Source of the DNA: Gammaproteobacteria bacterium
Lineage (GTDB): Bacteria; Pseudomonadota; Gammaproteobacteria; UBA4575
DNA length: 64,000 bases
Reading direction: 5' to 3'
Assembly (NCBI GenBank): GCA_022824965.1
Contig: JAJDYY010000008.1
Coordinates: 284 to 64,283, forward strand
In this document: in pieces, positions 16,067 through 30,339 of the stretch
Position numbering within the stretch: position 1 is the first letter of the stretch
Layout of the letters: each line of letters starts with the position of its first letter
Program-made: the position numbers and the translations under genes
Notes under the pieces: model-generated
What the model was told of the DNA's origin: nothing
Databases searched by the model: none
The model's input: the letters and a program-made list of their open reading frames with translations, nothing else

Positions 16067-18673
16067 TTACTGCAGGGATTCCCGCACCCAGTCCGGCACG
16101 GTCCTAAGTGCTGCCGCAAGCTGATCCGGCTGGTTGCCGCCGGCCTGGGCCATGTCATCACGACCACCGCCCTTGCCTCCCACCTGCCGGGCGACCGCGT
16201 TGACCAGATCGCCGGCCTTGATTCGATACACCTGGTCACGGGTAACCCCGGCGACGAGGCTGACTCTCGAATCCTGCGCCGTGCCCAGCACGATCGCCGC
16301 ACTGCCGAGCTTGTCCTTCAGGCGGTCCACCGTCTCACGCAGGGATTTGGGATCGGCCCCTTCCACTACACAGGCCAGCACCTGGAGACCTTCGACCTCC
16401 ACGGCCTGATCGGCGAGATCGCTCCCGGCCTGCGACATGAGCCGTGCCTTGAGCTGTTCCATCTCCTTGTGCAGCGCCCGGTTGCGCTCCAGCAACTGCC
16501 CAACCTTGTCCCGGGTCTCCGCCCTGGAACTCTTCACGATCCCGGCAATATCGGATAGCTGCTTCTGGTCCTCGCGAATCCACTCCAGCGCACCGTCACC
16601 GGTGAGCGCTTCGATGCGCCGCACCCCGGATGCGATGCCGGACTCCGAGATGATCTTGAACACGCCGATGTCCCCGGCCCGGCTCACGTGCGTGCCGCCG
16701 CACAGCTCCATGGAGAAATCACCGATGGTCAGGACGCGCACCTCGTTCGCGTACTTTTCCCCGAACAGGGCCAGGGCTCCCGCACGCAGGGCCTCGTCCT
16801 TGGACATGATTCTTGCACTCGTCTTTGCATTCAAGCGGATCTGGTGGTTGACCAGGTCCTCGATTCGCTGCAACTCGGCCTCATCCAGCGGGGCATCGTG
16901 CGAGAAGTCAAAGCGCAGGCGGTCCGGTGCCACCAGCGAACCCTTTTGCTCGACGTGATCGCCGAGCACTTCGCGCAAGGCGGCATGCATCAGGTGCGTG
17001 GCCGAGTGATTCAGCACGGTCGCCTGCCTGCGCTCCGTGGCAACCTTCGCCTGCACCTTGTGGCCGAGCGCAAGCTGTCCGGATGCAAGGGTGCCGTAAT
17101 GGACATGGGCATCACCTTGCTTCTGGGTATCGGCGACTTCGAACACCGCCTGTTCGCATTCCAGGGTGCCCTGGTCGCCGACCTGTCCGCCGGATTCCGC
17201 ATAAAACGGGGTCTTCTCGAGGATGATGCCCCCGGACTGTCCCTGCAGGATTTCCTTCACGGGTTCGTGGTCAACGAAAATCTCCTGCACGGTGGCCTGC
17301 TCGTGCATGCAGTCATAGCCGGTGAACTCGGTGGCGGTCGATACCGCCAGCGAGGCATCGTATTCAACGTCAAAGCGGCTTGCGAGCCTGCCGCGCTCGC
17401 GCTGGGCCTGCATGTGCTTCTCAAACCCTGCGGTGTCGATCTTCAGCTGTTGCTCGCGGGCGAAATCGGCGGTCAGGTCGCTGGGAAACCCGTAGGTGTC
17501 GTACAGCTTGAACACCGTTTCACCGGGAAGGGTATCCCCCTTGAGCCGTGTGATCTCCTCATGCAGGATCCGCATGCCCTGGGCCAGGGTGTCGCCGAAA
17601 CGCTGCTCCTCACGATGCAGCACGTCCTGCACGCGCTCCTGTGCACCGGCAAGCTCCGGGCAGGCCCCGCCCAGGCTGTCCACGAGCGGAGACACCAGCC
17701 GGTAGAAAAACGGCTCTTCGATGCCGAGCTTGTGGCCGTGGCGTGCACCACGGCGGATGATGCGTCGCAAGACATAGCCCCGGCCCTCGTTCGAGGGCAG
17801 CACCCCGTCGACGATCATGAAGGCGCAGGCGCGGATGTGGTCCGCCACCACGCGAAGCGAGGGCTGGCCGGTATCGGTCACCCTGGCAATGTCTGCCGCG
17901 GCGGCAATGATGCCGGTGAACAGGTCAGTGTCGTAGTTGTTCTTGACCCCCTGCAGGATCGCGCTCAGGCGCTCAAGACCCATGCCGGTATCTACGGAAG
18001 GCTTGGGTAAATCGGTAAGCTTGCCCTGGGCATCGCGCTCATACTGCATGAACACCAGGTTCCATACTTCCACGTACCGGTCGCCGTCCTGGTCCGCAGT
18101 CCCGGGCGGCCCCCCGGCCACGCTTTCGCCGAAATCATAGAAGATCTCCGTGCACGGCCCGCAGGGGCCCGTATCGCCCATGGCCCAGAAGTTGTCGGTC
18201 GCGCCGATGCGTGCGAACCGCTCTGCGCTCACGCCGACATCGTTCAGCCAGATATCGGCCGCCTGCTCATCGTCCTCGTAGACCGTGACCCAAAGGCGTG
18301 TCTCGGGGAGCTCGACGACCCGGGTCAGGAAGTCCCAGGCATAGTGGATCGCCTCGCGCTTGAAGTAATCCCCGAAGCTGAAGTTACCCAGCATCTCGAA
18401 AAACGTGTGATGCCTTGCGGTATAGCCAACGTTCTCGAGGTCGTTGTGCTTGCCCCCGGCCCTGAGACAGCGCTGACTGGTCGCGGCCCGCGTGTAGCCC
18501 GGGGACTCCTTGCCGAGAAAGACATCCTTGAACTGCACCATGCCGGCGTTGGTGAACAGCAGGGAAGGGTCGTTCGCGGGCACCAGCGGGCCGGAGGGCA
18601 CCACGGTATGGCCGTGCTGCTCGAAGAATTGCAAGAATGCGTTGCGAATTTCCGCGCTGTGTTCCATGCCCAC
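16067..18673 (-). CDS. alaS: Alanine--tRNA ligase
   Basis: 868 aa with class II aaRS motifs, the HSATHLMH editing domain and a C-terminal DHHA1. The start may be at Met3 ([11 protein letters not shown]). Confidence 0.95.
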   Translation of the reverse strand: MGMEHSAEIRNAFLQFFEQHGHTVVPSGPLVPANDPSLLFTNAGMVQFKDVFLGKESPGYTRAATSQRCLRAGGKHNDLENVGYTARHHTFFEMLGNFSFGDYFKREAIHYAWDFLTRVVELPETRLWVTVYEDDEQAADIWLNDVGVSAERFARIGATDNFWAMGDTGPCGPCTEIFYDFGESVAGGPPGTADQDGDRYVEVWNLVFMQYERDAQGKLTDLPKPSVDTGMGLERLSAILQGVKNNYDTDLFTGIIAAAADIARVTDTGQPSLRVVADHIRACAFMIVDGVLPSNEGRGYVLRRIIRRGARHGHKLGIEEPFFYRLVSPLVDSLGGACPELAGAQERVQDVLHREEQRFGDTLAQGMRILHEEITRLKGDTLPGETVFKLYDTYGFPSDLTADFAREQQLKIDTAGFEKHMQAQRERGRLASRFDVEYDASLAVSTATEFTGYDCMHEQATVQEIFVDHEPVKEILQGQSGGIILEKTPFYAESGGQVGDQGTLECEQAVFEVADTQKQGDAHVHYGTLASGQLALGHKVQAKVATERRQATVLNHSATHLMHAALREVLGDHVEQKGSLVAPDRLRFDFSHDAPLDEAELQRIEDLVNHQIRLNAKTSARIMSKDEALRAGALALFGEKYANEVRVLTIGDFSMELCGGTHVSRAGDIGVFKIISESGIASGVRRIEALTGDGALEWIREDQKQLSDIAGIVKSSRAETRDKVGQLLERNRALHKEMEQLKARLMSQAGSDLADQAVEVEGLQVLACVVEGADPKSLRETVDRLKDKLGSAAIVLGTAQDSRVSLVAGVTRDQVYRIKAGDLVNAVARQVGGKGGGRDDMAQAGGNQPDQLAAALRTVPDWVRESLQ

Positions 18674-18693
18674 CCTGCCTCGTGGAGTCGCTC

Positions 18694-19221
18694 CTATGCT
18701 CCAGCGCCGGACGCTGTTTCAGCCCGCTCAAATCGTACAAAGGTCTGGCGGATTATATCACCGGTAAATCCGCGGTTTTGCAGGTAGCGCATGCGCCGGG
18801 CCCGTTCTTTCGCGCTTGCCACCCGGAGATCCTTGAACTTTTTCGCGTATTCCTGGCAGGCCAGCTGCAGCCACTGCGGATCATTGAAGTCGACGTGGGC
18901 GCTCACCAGGGATTCCGTGACCCCGCGCACCTGCAGCTCCTGGCGGATACGCAGGGGCCCGAAGCCGCGCTGCGTGCGCGAGTAGACGTAGCTTTCGGCA
19001 AAGCGCGCATCACTTTGCAGGCCTTCTCGCTGCAGGTCGTCCAGCAAGGCTTCGATTTCGGTGGCCGGGAATTCCCTTGCTTTGAGTTTGCCGGTCAGCT
19101 CAAGACGCGTGTGCTCACGTCTTGACAGCAGTCCAAGTGCCGTATCGCGTATGGAACGCTCAGGCTTCAGTGGCTTGCGCCTCTTCCGCTTCTTCTGAGT
19201 CCGGATGTACCTTGCCGGCAT
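18694..19221 (-). CDS. recX: Recombination regulator RecX
   Basis: Similarity to RecX three-helix repeats; lies downstream of recA. The ATG at 19221 overlaps recA's last ~20 codons and encodes a highly basic N-terminus, so the true start is uncertain. Confidence 0.75.
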   Translation of the reverse strand: MPARYIRTQKKRKRRKPLKPERSIRDTALGLLSRREHTRLELTGKLKAREFPATEIEALLDDLQREGLQSDARFAESYVYSRTQRGFGPLRIRQELQVRGVTESLVSAHVDFNDPQWLQLACQEYAKKFKDLRVASAKERARRMRYLQNRGFTGDIIRQTFVRFERAETASGAGA

Positions 19222-20209
19222 GCGGCATCAGTTTTTCACGCAGACGGGCCTCGATCTCGCCCGCCACCTCCGGGTGCTCTTTCAGCCAGGCGCGTGAATT
19301 TTCCTTGCCCTGGCCGATGCGCTCACCGTTGTAGCTGTACCAGGCCCCCGCCTTGTCGACCAGGCCGTTTTGCACGCCCATGTCGATAATCTCCCCCGTG
19401 CGCGAGATGCCCTCGCCGTAGAGGATCTCGAACTCCGCCTTCTTGAACGGGGGGGCGAGCTTGTTTTTGACGACCTTGACCCGGGTATCGTTGCCGAGGA
19501 TCTCGTCGCCCTGCTTGATCGCACCGATGCGGCGGATATCGAGGCGCACCGAGGCATAGAACTTCAGCGCATTGCCACCGGTCGTGGTCTCCGGATTGCC
19601 GAACATGACGCCAAGCTTCATTCGAATCTGGTTGATGAAGATGACCATGGTGTTGGAGCGCTTGATATTGCCGGTCAGCTTGCGCAAGGCCTGCGACATA
19701 AGCCGGGCCTGCAGCCCCATGTGCGAGTCGCCCATATCGCCCTCGATCTCGGCGCGCGGGGTCAGCGCGGCTACCGAATCGACCACGACGATGCTGACGG
19801 CCCCGGAGCGCACCAGCATGTCCGTGATTTCCAGGGCCTGCTCACCGGTATCGGGCTGCGAGATCAGCAGGTCATCGACGTTGACGCCGATTTTTTCCGC
19901 ATACACGGGATCCAGGGCATGCTCGGCATCGACGAAGGCGGCAATGCCGCCCTGTTTCTGGCACTCGGCAACCACCTGCAGCGTCAGGGTCGTCTTGCCA
20001 GAGGACTCCGGTCCATAGATCTCAGTCACCCTGCCCTTGGGCAGGCCCCCAATTCCAAGGGCCACATCCAGGGCCAGTGAGCCAGTGGAGATCACGTCGA
20101 TGTCGCGCGTGGCAGAAGAGTCTCCAAGGCGCATGACCGTGCCCTTGCCGAACTGCCTCTCGATCTGACCTAGTGCTGCATCAAGTGCCTTTTTGCGATT
20201 TTCGTCCAC
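19160..20209 (-). CDS. recA: Recombinase RecA
   Basis: GPESSGKTT Walker A and full-length RecA similarity. Confidence 0.98.
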   Translation of the reverse strand: MDENRKKALDAALGQIERQFGKGTVMRLGDSSATRDIDVISTGSLALDVALGIGGLPKGRVTEIYGPESSGKTTLTLQVVAECQKQGGIAAFVDAEHALDPVYAEKIGVNVDDLLISQPDTGEQALEITDMLVRSGAVSIVVVDSVAALTPRAEIEGDMGDSHMGLQARLMSQALRKLTGNIKRSNTMVIFINQIRMKLGVMFGNPETTTGGNALKFYASVRLDIRRIGAIKQGDEILGNDTRVKVVKNKLAPPFKKAEFEILYGEGISRTGEIIDMGVQNGLVDKAGAWYSYNGERIGQGKENSRAWLKEHPEVAGEIEARLREKLMPHAGKVHPDSEEAEEAQATEA

Positions 20210-20382
20210 TACTCACCTCTGACTTCAAATAAATGCCTGTAGACCTAGTTTCCTGGAATTGCCTTGCGAAATTTCGGGGTATTTCCCGCGCTGTCCAACC
20301 TGCATCCCTTGCGTTGCAACCTTATCATACCGGGACGCCCGTGCACGCGAAACTTCCCGCACACCCGCCGGTCCGGTTCGCA

Positions 20383-20886
20383 TCATCCGCCGGTGCAGTG
20401 CTCCATCAAGAGGGCAAGTGCGAGGCCCGCACTCTGCTCGCGGATGGCATCGCGATCGCCCTCGAACACCCGGTGCACCGTGACCACGGGCTGCCCACGC
20501 CGGGCCACACCCAGGTAGACCGTGCCCACAGGTTTTTCGCCACTGCCGCCGCCGGGGCCTGCAATTCCGGTCACCGAGACAGCAAGATCCACACCGCCAA
20601 GACCCAGGGCACCGCTTGCCATCTGCTCGGCTACCTGCGGGCTCACGGCACCATGAATCTCCAGGGTTTGCGGAGCGACCTGGAGCAGGTTGACCTTGGC
20701 GGTGTTGCTGTAGGTGACGTAGCCGCACTCAAACCAGTCCGAGCTGCCGGGCAGCGTGGTCATCCACTGGGCAAGCAGCCCGCCGGTGCAGGATTCTGCG
20801 GTGGCCAGGCGCAGTCCGTGTTCTGTCATCTGCTTTGCGAACGCCTGCAACAGGGCCCGGACATCGGATGAGGGTGTTTTGATCAC
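20383..20886 (-). CDS. pncC: NMN amidohydrolase PncC (CinA C-terminal domain protein)
   Basis: LATAESCTGG motif and C-terminal CinA-type domain. Start chosen at GTG 20886 (VIKTPSSD...); ATG 20829 is also possible. The 257 aa ORF to 21156 is an antisense extension. Confidence 0.75.
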   Translation of the reverse strand: MIKTPSSDVRALLQAFAKQMTEHGLRLATAESCTGGLLAQWMTTLPGSSDWFECGYVTYSNTAKVNLLQVAPQTLEIHGAVSPQVAEQMASGALGLGGVDLAVSVTGIAGPGGGSGEKPVGTVYLGVARRGQPVVTVHRVFEGDRDAIREQSAGLALALLMEHCTGG

Positions 20887-20937
20887 GGGGTCAATATATA
20901 TGCTGTCTAAACTTTTATTCTTGGTTAGACTTTTGCC

Positions 20938-23505
<2,568 letters not shown>

Positions 23506-23605
23506 CCGCACGTCCTCATCCTCACCTCCTTCCTGCCCTGCGTATTTTTGAACCGGTTCATTTTTGCTACCATGCCTGCCCCAGCACTCGTTGGTTCCCG
23601 GGCCC

Positions 23606-23929
23606 ATGACATTCGTAGTCACTGAATCCTGCATCAAGTGTAAGTACACGGACTGCGTGGAAGTGTGTCCGGTCGACTGCTTCCATGAAGGGCCGAACAT
23701 GCTGGTCATTGATCCTGAAGACTGCATCGACTGCGCCATGTGCGAGACGGAGTGCCCGGTCAATGCCATCTTCAGCGAAGACGACCTGCCGGAATCCCAG
23801 CAGGAATTCCTCGCCCTCAACGAGCGGCTGTCCCAGAAGTGGCCGGTCCTCGCCACCACCATACCCGCCCCGGAGGATGTCGGTCAGTGGGAGGCGGTGG
23901 AGGGCAAGCGCCAATACCTGGAGGAGTAA
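23606..23929 (+). CDS. fdxA: 7Fe ferredoxin (Azotobacter-type FdxA)
   Basis: MTFVVTESCIKCKYTDCVEVCPVDCF...CIDCAMCETECP cysteine pattern. Lies next to mutS, as in pseudomonads. Confidence 0.9.
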   Translation: MTFVVTESCIKCKYTDCVEVCPVDCFHEGPNMLVIDPEDCIDCAMCETECPVNAIFSEDDLPESQQEFLALNERLSQKWPVLATTIPAPEDVGQWEAVEGKRQYLEE

Positions 23930-23951
23930 CCCCCCGGCACAGGCATCGAAA

Positions 23952-24935
23952 TCAGGCAGGTTTTTCTGCGACGATGCAGGCACGCAGTGGGGCCGGATAC
24001 CCCTCGATGGTCTGCCCGGGATCGTTCGGGTCCAGGGCATGTGCCAGGGAATGCCCGGTCATCCAGTCCGTCGGGCGCTGCTCCTGGGTAGTGGTCGGGC
24101 TCTGGTCCAGCAACCGGACCTGATCAAAGCCGGCTTCCACCAGCCAGGCTTGCAGAAGTGTGTAGCTCGGGATCACCCAGACGTTTTTCATGTTTGCGTA
24201 ACGTCCCACCGGGACCAGTGTCTCGGCAGCCCGGTCCTCGATGATCAGTGTCTCCAGCACAATCCGCCCACCCGCACGCAAGACGTTGAACACCCGGCCC
24301 AGGTGTTCCCGGGGCTGCCTGCTGTGGTACAGCACGCCCATGGAAAACGCCAGGTCGAAGCCGGTCAGTGCCTGCGGCAATTCCTCAAGCCTCAGGGGCA
24401 GAACAAAGATACGCTGCGGTTGCAGCAAGTACCTCTGCAGTGCAGAGAACTGGAACACGTGCACCCACACGGGTTCGAGGCCCAGCACCAGCCGTGCGCC
24501 CAGACCCTGCATGCGCAGTGCGTAATACCCGTTTCCACAACCGACATCCAGTACGTTGCAGTTCTGAAGACTGCCAAGGTGCGCTGCGATGCGCGCCCAT
24601 TTCCAGTCACTGCGCCACTCCGCATCGATGTCGATTCCAAACACACTGAACGGCCCCTTGCGCCAGGGACACAGGGCCTGCAGGCTCTGCACCAGCGAGG
24701 CATGCTGCTCACCTGTGCAATCGGCTGCCCGGCCGATCACGGGGGCTGTGCGATCCAGATCGATGAACGACGGGGCCACCTCCGGCAACGAATCAATGCG
24801 GTGCTGCCAGTCATCGAAGTGGCGGTGCCTGGGGTGTGCGTACCTGTGCTGTGCCAGCTCCAGCAGCGGCGTATTCGCGATTTCAAACCCGGCGCGTTCG
24901 AGTGATGAGGCCAGCAGTGAAAATCTGTCCGTCAC
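23952..24935 (-). CDS. cmoB: tRNA U34 carboxymethyltransferase CmoB
   Basis: SAM-methyltransferase fold (VLDVGCGNGY) and CmoB-type length; translationally coupled to cmoA. Confidence 0.85.
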   Translation of the reverse strand: MTDRFSLLASSLERAGFEIANTPLLELAQHRYAHPRHRHFDDWQHRIDSLPEVAPSFIDLDRTAPVIGRAADCTGEQHASLVQSLQALCPWRKGPFSVFGIDIDAEWRSDWKWARIAAHLGSLQNCNVLDVGCGNGYYALRMQGLGARLVLGLEPVWVHVFQFSALQRYLLQPQRIFVLPLRLEELPQALTGFDLAFSMGVLYHSRQPREHLGRVFNVLRAGGRIVLETLIIEDRAAETLVPVGRYANMKNVWVIPSYTLLQAWLVEAGFDQVRLLDQSPTTTQEQRPTDWMTGHSLAHALDPNDPGQTIEGYPAPLRACIVAEKPA

Positions 24936-25666
24936 TTGATCGCCAGGTAGGTAATGAAATTGAGGTGCTGCATCAAGGCGAAGACCCGGGAGAATCCGGC
25001 ACGGTACAGGCGTGTACGGTGCTGTTCGTGGGTGTCGCGGATCAGGACGTCCTCTAGCGCCTCCCTCTTTCGGGCGATTTCAAGCGCACTGTAGTGCTGC
25101 CCCTGCTTGAATTTCTCATGCAGGCCCTGCATCCGTGCATCCTCGTCGTCGTTTGCGTAACAGATTTTCTCGGACAGCAGCATGGCCGCATCCTGGCGCA
25201 ATCCCGAGTAAATTTTCTGGATGAGAGAATCACGCCGTGGCGGATCGACGAACTGCAAGGTGTAATTGAGAATGACAAGGGAGGCGTTTTCGATCTCGAC
25301 CTCGGTAATGTCTGCACACACCGGCTTGATGCGTGCCTCCGACGGTTGCCCCTCGAGCTTTTGCTGCAGCCGATGAATCATGGCTTCGGAGTTGTCGACG
25401 GCGATCACGCTCACGCTGGCATTCGGGATCGCCTCGCAGACACTGAAGGATGCCGCCCCCAGCGAGCAGCCAAGATCATAGACCGAGCTGTCCTTTTTGA
25501 CGAACTTGCGGGCCACGACCCGCAACAGCCGATGGACCGCCTCATACCCGGGAACGGAACGTGTAATCATGTCCTCGAAGACCCCGGCGACGGCCTCATC
25601 GAAAACGAAATCACCCGGCTGGGTGCGCCTTTGCTGATAGATGCGGTCTTTTCTCGAAGTGGGCAT
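24932..25666 (-). CDS. cmoA: Carboxy-S-adenosyl-L-methionine synthase CmoA
   Basis: DFVFDEAVAGVFEDMITRSVPGY N-terminus and VYDLGCSLG SAM motif. Confidence 0.85.
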   Translation of the reverse strand: MPTSRKDRIYQQRRTQPGDFVFDEAVAGVFEDMITRSVPGYEAVHRLLRVVARKFVKKDSSVYDLGCSLGAASFSVCEAIPNASVSVIAVDNSEAMIHRLQQKLEGQPSEARIKPVCADITEVEIENASLVILNYTLQFVDPPRRDSLIQKIYSGLRQDAAMLLSEKICYANDDEDARMQGLHEKFKQGQHYSALEIARKREALEDVLIRDTHEQHRTRLYRAGFSRVFALMQHLNFITYLAIK

Positions 25667-25704
25667 GGGTGCTGGTTCCAGGGGTTAAAGTGCAGATTGT
25701 GGCA

Positions 25705-27321
25705 TCAGTCCATCGCGCCGGCATGCTCACGCGTTGAACGAAATTCGATATCCGGCCATTTCTCCATGACGATCTGCAGATTGACGCGCGAAGGTGCCAT
25801 GTACACCAGTTCACCGCCATGGTCCACGGCTACGTGGGCGGCCAGCTTGTTCTTGAACTCGAGCAGTGTGTCCGGGTCGTCACATACCACCCAGCGAGCC
25901 GCCTGAATGTTGACCTGGTCAAAGCGACAGTCGACCTTGTATTCATGCCTGAGGCGATGCTGGACCACGTCGAACTGCAGAGCGCCGACGGCACCGAGGA
26001 TCAGCTCGTTGCTGGTCTGCGGTCGAAACAGCTGGGTCGCTCCTTCCTCACAAAGTTGGGTAAGTCCTTTGTTTAACGCCTTGATCTTCAAGGGATCTAT
26101 GAGAAAAGCCCGCCTGAACAGTTCCGGCGCAAAACTCGGAATCCCGCTGAAAGCCAGTTTTTCGCCCTGCGTGAAGGCATCCCCGATCCGGATCGTGCCG
26201 TGGTTATGCAGGCCGATGATATCCCCGGGATAGGCCCGCTCCACCTGTTCGCGGTTCGAGGCCACGAATGCCAGTGCGCCGTTGACCTTGATGTCCCGGT
26301 TCAGGCGTACATGCTGCAGCTTCATGCCCTTGTAGAAGCTGCCCGAACATACCCGCAGAAAGGCCAGCCGGTCGCGGTGATTGGGGTCCATGTTGGCCTG
26401 GATCTTGAAAACAAAGCCTGAGAATTTCTCCTCGCCGGCCTCCAGGTCCCGGGGGGCGCTGCCGGGACGGCTGACACTCCTTGACTGCGGGGCCGGCGCA
26501 TACCTGACAAATCGATCCAGCAGCTCGGCGATGCCGAAATTGTTGATCGCGGATCCGAAAAATACCGGGGTCAGCTCACCATCGAGGTACGCCTGGTGGT
26601 CGAATTCGTGGCTCGCCCCCTGCACCAGCTCAATCTCGTCACGCAGCGGCTGTGCCTGCTCGGCAATCCGCTCATCCAGCAGTGGATTGTGCAGACCTTC
26701 GATCACCTCGCCCTGCAAGACCTTGCCACCGTGCTGTGCATCGTAAAGATGCACCGAGTCATTGAGCAGGTCGAAGACTCCCTTGAAGAGCTTGCCCATG
26801 CCGATGGGCCAGGTCACCGGTGCACACCTGATTTTCAGTACCTGCTCGACCTCATCCAGCAGCTCGATGGGCTCGCGCCCGTTGCGGTCCATCTTGTTGA
26901 TGAACGTCATGATCGGGGTGTTGCGCAACCGGCACACTTCCATGAGCTTGATGGTCCGCTCCTCCACGCCCTTGGCGTTGTCGATTACCATCAGGACGGA
27001 ATCGACCGCAGTCAGCGTCCGGTAGGTGTCCTCTGAAAAGTCGGCATGCCCCGGGGTGTCCAGCAGGTTCACCACGCAGTCCCTGTAGGCGAACTGCATG
27101 ACCGAACTGGTCACCGATATGCCGCGCTGCTTTTCCATTTCCATCCAGTCCGACACCGCGTGACGGGCGGCCTTGCGGCCCTTGACCGTGCCGGCCTGCT
27201 GGATTGCGCCGCCGAACAGCAAGAGCTTTTCGGTGATCGTCGTCTTGCCGGCATCCGGATGGGAGATGATGGCAAAGGTGCGCCTCTTGTCGACCTCGCT
27301 GAGAAAACTGTCATCCTTCAT
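25705..27321 (-). CDS. prfC: Peptide chain release factor 3
   Basis: GTPase motifs [21 protein letters not shown] and full-length RF3 similarity. Start taken at [10 protein letters not shown]. Confidence 0.95.
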   Translation of the reverse strand: MKDDSFLSEVDKRRTFAIISHPDAGKTTITEKLLLFGGAIQQAGTVKGRKAARHAVSDWMEMEKQRGISVTSSVMQFAYRDCVVNLLDTPGHADFSEDTYRTLTAVDSVLMVIDNAKGVEERTIKLMEVCRLRNTPIMTFINKMDRNGREPIELLDEVEQVLKIRCAPVTWPIGMGKLFKGVFDLLNDSVHLYDAQHGGKVLQGEVIEGLHNPLLDERIAEQAQPLRDEIELVQGASHEFDHQAYLDGELTPVFFGSAINNFGIAELLDRFVRYAPAPQSRSVSRPGSAPRDLEAGEEKFSGFVFKIQANMDPNHRDRLAFLRVCSGSFYKGMKLQHVRLNRDIKVNGALAFVASNREQVERAYPGDIIGLHNHGTIRIGDAFTQGEKLAFSGIPSFAPELFRRAFLIDPLKIKALNKGLTQLCEEGATQLFRPQTSNELILGAVGALQFDVVQHRLRHEYKVDCRFDQVNIQAARWVVCDDPDTLLEFKNKLAAHVAVDHGGELVYMAPSRVNLQIVMEKWPDIEFRSTREHAGAMD

Positions 27322-27415
27322 GATGTCTTTTCCTGGGATGAGGACAGGTCCTGCTGTTTCATGGCGCCTTCCGTTCGTGCAGTGGTTCAAAAGCCCGCCC
27401 AAGTGGGGCGATCTT

Positions 27416-27880
27416 TCAAAGTCTTTTTGCAAGAATTACGGCATCCTCCCGGCCCAGTTGTGCCGGATAGTAGTTTCTGCGCGTGCCGATTTCCCTGAAA
27501 CCTTCCGAAAGGTACAGGGACAGGGCCTGGAAGTTGGAGGTGCGCACCTCGAGAAATGCGGAATCGGCCTCGTTGACACGTGCGATGATCAGCATCTCCT
27601 CGAGCAGCTGCCGGCCCTTGCCCTGCCCCCGGTGGTCCGGATCGATGCACAGGTTCAGGATGTGGCACTCCTGCACGAGCACGGACATCACCCCGTAGCC
27701 AATGATGTCCTGGTCGGTTTCCAAGACCCAGGCAGAATGTCCATGGCGCAGGCAGTCGCGAAAGATATTCCGCGTCCACGGAAACTGGTAGCTGCGCTGC
27801 TCGATGCCTATGACGGCTGGCAAATCCTGTTCGGTCATCCGGCGAAAGCCGCCAGCCGACTGTTTCAGCGCCGCACTCAT
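27416..27880 (-). CDS. rimI: Ribosomal-protein-alanine N-acetyltransferase RimI (GNAT)
   Basis: GNAT motifs ([11 protein letters not shown]). Start taken at MSAALKQ; the ORF extends to 28072. Confidence 0.8.
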   Translation of the reverse strand: MSAALKQSAGGFRRMTEQDLPAVIGIEQRSYQFPWTRNIFRDCLRHGHSAWVLETDQDIIGYGVMSVLVQECHILNLCIDPDHRGQGKGRQLLEEMLIIARVNEADSAFLEVRTSNFQALSLYLSEGFREIGTRRNYYPAQLGREDAVILAKRL

Positions 27881-27944
27881 GATCAGGCGGGCCGCGCGGA
27901 TGGATGCGCCACGCCCGGGTTCCCCACGGCTTCGGTCTTTCGGC

Positions 27945-28688
27945 TCATTCCTGTGACTCCCGGATCCGCACCGCCCGCTGGAGGTCTTCCCAGGCCTTGC
28001 GTTTTTGCTGGGGACTGCGCAGCAGGTAGGCGGGGTGATAGGTGACCACGACAGGGATACGGGTATCTGCAAAGTACTGTTCGGTACCGCGAAGTCGCCC
28101 GATCGCCACGTTCGTATCCAGCAGGGACTGGGCTGCGATCCTGCCCATGGCCAGGATGATTTTCGGCTGGATCAGCTCGATCTGCTGTCTCAGGTAGGAC
28201 AGGCAGTGTCCGATTTCCTGGGGCTGGGGGTCCCGGTTGTCGGGGGGCCTGCACTTCAGGATGTTGGCTATGAACACCTCTTCGCGTTCAAGGTCGATGG
28301 CACGAAGCATTTTGGTCAGAAGCTGTCCCGCACGCCCGACAAACGGCTGCCCCTGGCGATCCTCCTCGAAACCCGGGGCCTCCCCGACGACGAGCCAGTC
28401 GGCCCGGGGGCTGCCCGATCCGAACACGGTCTGCGTGCGGGTGCGGTGCAGGGCGCACAGGGTACAGGCTGCAACCACATTCCTGAGTTCGTCCAGTCCG
28501 GTCGCCGGACCCGCACCTGCCGGCACACTCGAGTGTGCCGGCGGCGCGGCCTGTTCAGCCGGGATATCCGGGTCGTAGCCGGCCGGGATGGCTTCGCTCT
28601 GGGCGGTCCTTGGAACCCAGGCCTGGATGCCCATTTTCTCCAGGTAATACAGCCGCCTTTGTTCCTCCATTACCGCAGGCACCGGCAT
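27945..28688 (-). CDS. Uracil-DNA glycosylase, family 4
   Basis: GEAPGFEEDRQGQPFVGRAGQLL and HPAYLLR motifs typical of family 4 UDG. Confidence 0.85.
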   Translation of the reverse strand: MPVPAVMEEQRRLYYLEKMGIQAWVPRTAQSEAIPAGYDPDIPAEQAAPPAHSSVPAGAGPATGLDELRNVVAACTLCALHRTRTQTVFGSGSPRADWLVVGEAPGFEEDRQGQPFVGRAGQLLTKMLRAIDLEREEVFIANILKCRPPDNRDPQPQEIGHCLSYLRQQIELIQPKIILAMGRIAAQSLLDTNVAIGRLRGTEQYFADTRIPVVVTYHPAYLLRSPQQKRKAWEDLQRAVRIRESQE

Positions 28689-30233
28689 TCATACGTCATG
28701 CTGGGGATGGGCGCGCTGCTCCGGGATGGCAAGCCGGTTCAGCGCATGCAGGTAGGCTTTGGCCGACGCCATGATGATGTCGGTGTCCGCACCGTGCCCG
28801 TTGACGATCCTGCCGGACTTGTGCAGGCGGACCGTGACCTCGCCCTGGGCATCGGTGCCCGTGGTGATGTTGTTCACCGAGTACAGCTGCAGCTGTGCCT
28901 GGCTGTCGACGATTTCCTCGATGGCGCAAAATGTGGCATCGACCGGGCCACCGCCGCTGGCGCTGGCCATTTTTTCCTCGCCATCCACTTGCAGGGTGAC
29001 CTGCGCCCTTGGCGTTTCACCGGTCTCGGAATGTGCCGTCAGCGATACGAGCTTCCAGTACTCGTTGTTGTCATAGCTTGCATCGGAAACCAGCGCATGC
29101 AGGTCCTCATCGTAGATCTCGTGCTTGCGGTCCGCCAGGCCCTTGAAGTTTGCAAAGGCATTGTTGAGCTCATCTTCCGTATCGAAAGTGATTCCGAGCT
29201 CGTCCAGGCGTGTGCGAAATGCATTGCGGCCCGAGTGCTTGCCGAGCACGATCTTGTTCGAGGCCCAGCCGACATCCTCGGCGCGCATGATTTCATACGT
29301 CTCGCGGGCCTTGAGCACGCCATCCTGGTGGATGCCCGCCTCATGCGCGAAGGCATTGGCACCGACGATGGCCTTGTTGGGCTGCACGGGGAAGCCCGTG
29401 ATCGTCGAGACCATGCGCGAGGTCGGCACGATCTGCGTGGTGTCCAGTCCGGTGATGCATGGAAACACGTCCTGGCGTGTATGCACGGTCATGACGATCT
29501 CTTCCAGCGAGGCATTGCCCGCGCGCTCGCCCAGGCCGTTGATCGTACACTCCACCTGGCGTGCGCCGTTGAGCACCGCCGACAGCGAATTGGCCGAGGC
29601 GAGTCCCAGGTCGTTGTGGCAGTGAACGGAAAAAGTCACCTGGTCCGATGTGGGGATATTCTCGATCAGGCGACCGACCAGGTCGCCAAACTGATGCGGG
29701 ATGTTGTAGCCCACCGTATCCGGAATATTGATGGTCCCGGCACCGGCCTCGATCGCCTTCTCGATGACCCGGCACAGGAAATCGAATTCGGAGCGCCCGG
29801 CATCCTCCGGGGAAAACTCGACGTCGTCCGTGTACTGCCTGGCCAGCCTGACGGCCGACACGGCCTGCTCGATGACCTGCTCCTCGGTCATGCGCAGCTT
29901 GCGCTGCATGTGGATCGGCGAAGTCGCGATGAAGGTATGGATCCTGGCGGAGGCCGCAGGCTTCAGGGCTTCGCTGGCACGTTCGATGTCGCCCTTGAGT
30001 GCACGCGCCAGACCACAGATGGTACTGTCCTTGACCACCCTGGCGACCGCCTGCACGGCTTCAAAGTCGCCCACGCTCGCCGTCGGAAAACCGACCTCGA
30101 TGATATCCACGCGCATGCGCTCCAGTGACTTGGCGATGCGTATTTTCTCATCGCGAGTCATCGAGGCACCCGGGCTTTGCTCCCCGTCCCGCAGTGTCGT
30201 ATCAAAAATCTTAAGTTTGTCCCTGTTCACCAT
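28689..30233 (-). CDS. leuA: 2-isopropylmalate synthase
   Basis: [15 protein letters not shown]-terminus, [10 protein letters not shown]-terminal regulatory domain. Confidence 0.96.
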   Translation of the reverse strand: MVNRDKLKIFDTTLRDGEQSPGASMTRDEKIRIAKSLERMRVDIIEVGFPTASVGDFEAVQAVARVVKDSTICGLARALKGDIERASEALKPAASARIHTFIATSPIHMQRKLRMTEEQVIEQAVSAVRLARQYTDDVEFSPEDAGRSEFDFLCRVIEKAIEAGAGTINIPDTVGYNIPHQFGDLVGRLIENIPTSDQVTFSVHCHNDLGLASANSLSAVLNGARQVECTINGLGERAGNASLEEIVMTVHTRQDVFPCITGLDTTQIVPTSRMVSTITGFPVQPNKAIVGANAFAHEAGIHQDGVLKARETYEIMRAEDVGWASNKIVLGKHSGRNAFRTRLDELGITFDTEDELNNAFANFKGLADRKHEIYDEDLHALVSDASYDNNEYWKLVSLTAHSETGETPRAQVTLQVDGEEKMASASGGGPVDATFCAIEEIVDSQAQLQLYSVNNITTGTDAQGEVTVRLHKSGRIVNGHGADTDIIMASAKAYLHALNRLAIPEQRAHPQHDV

Positions 30234-30250
30234 ATGTCTCCCGCTGCAAC

Positions 30251-30280
30251 AAAAATCTCACGAGTACGAAGCTCGTATGG
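30251..30280 (-). terminator. Candidate leu attenuator terminator: imperfect hairpin (CATACGAG..CTCGTGAG) followed by T5, ending 18 nt before the leuA ATG
   Basis: Read on the minus strand: catacgagcttcgtactcgtgagatttttgttgcagcgggagacATG. Confidence 0.45.
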
Positions 30281-30339
30281 AAATCTCTGGATAAATGAAT
30301 GGATGATGCGTTTAGCCTCGCCAGGGTCAGGTCGTGCCG

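Noticed and set aside
20210-20382. Search for a LexA SOS box upstream of recA
   Set aside because: No convincing CTGT-N8-ACAG or CTG-N10-CAG palindrome was found. The nearest candidate, CTGTAGACCTAGTTTCCTGG, is not palindromic, so no site is called.
28005-30128. 707 aa plus-strand ORF
   Set aside because: Antisense to the uracil-DNA glycosylase gene and leuA, which have unambiguous motifs. Long open antisense frames are expected at this GC content.
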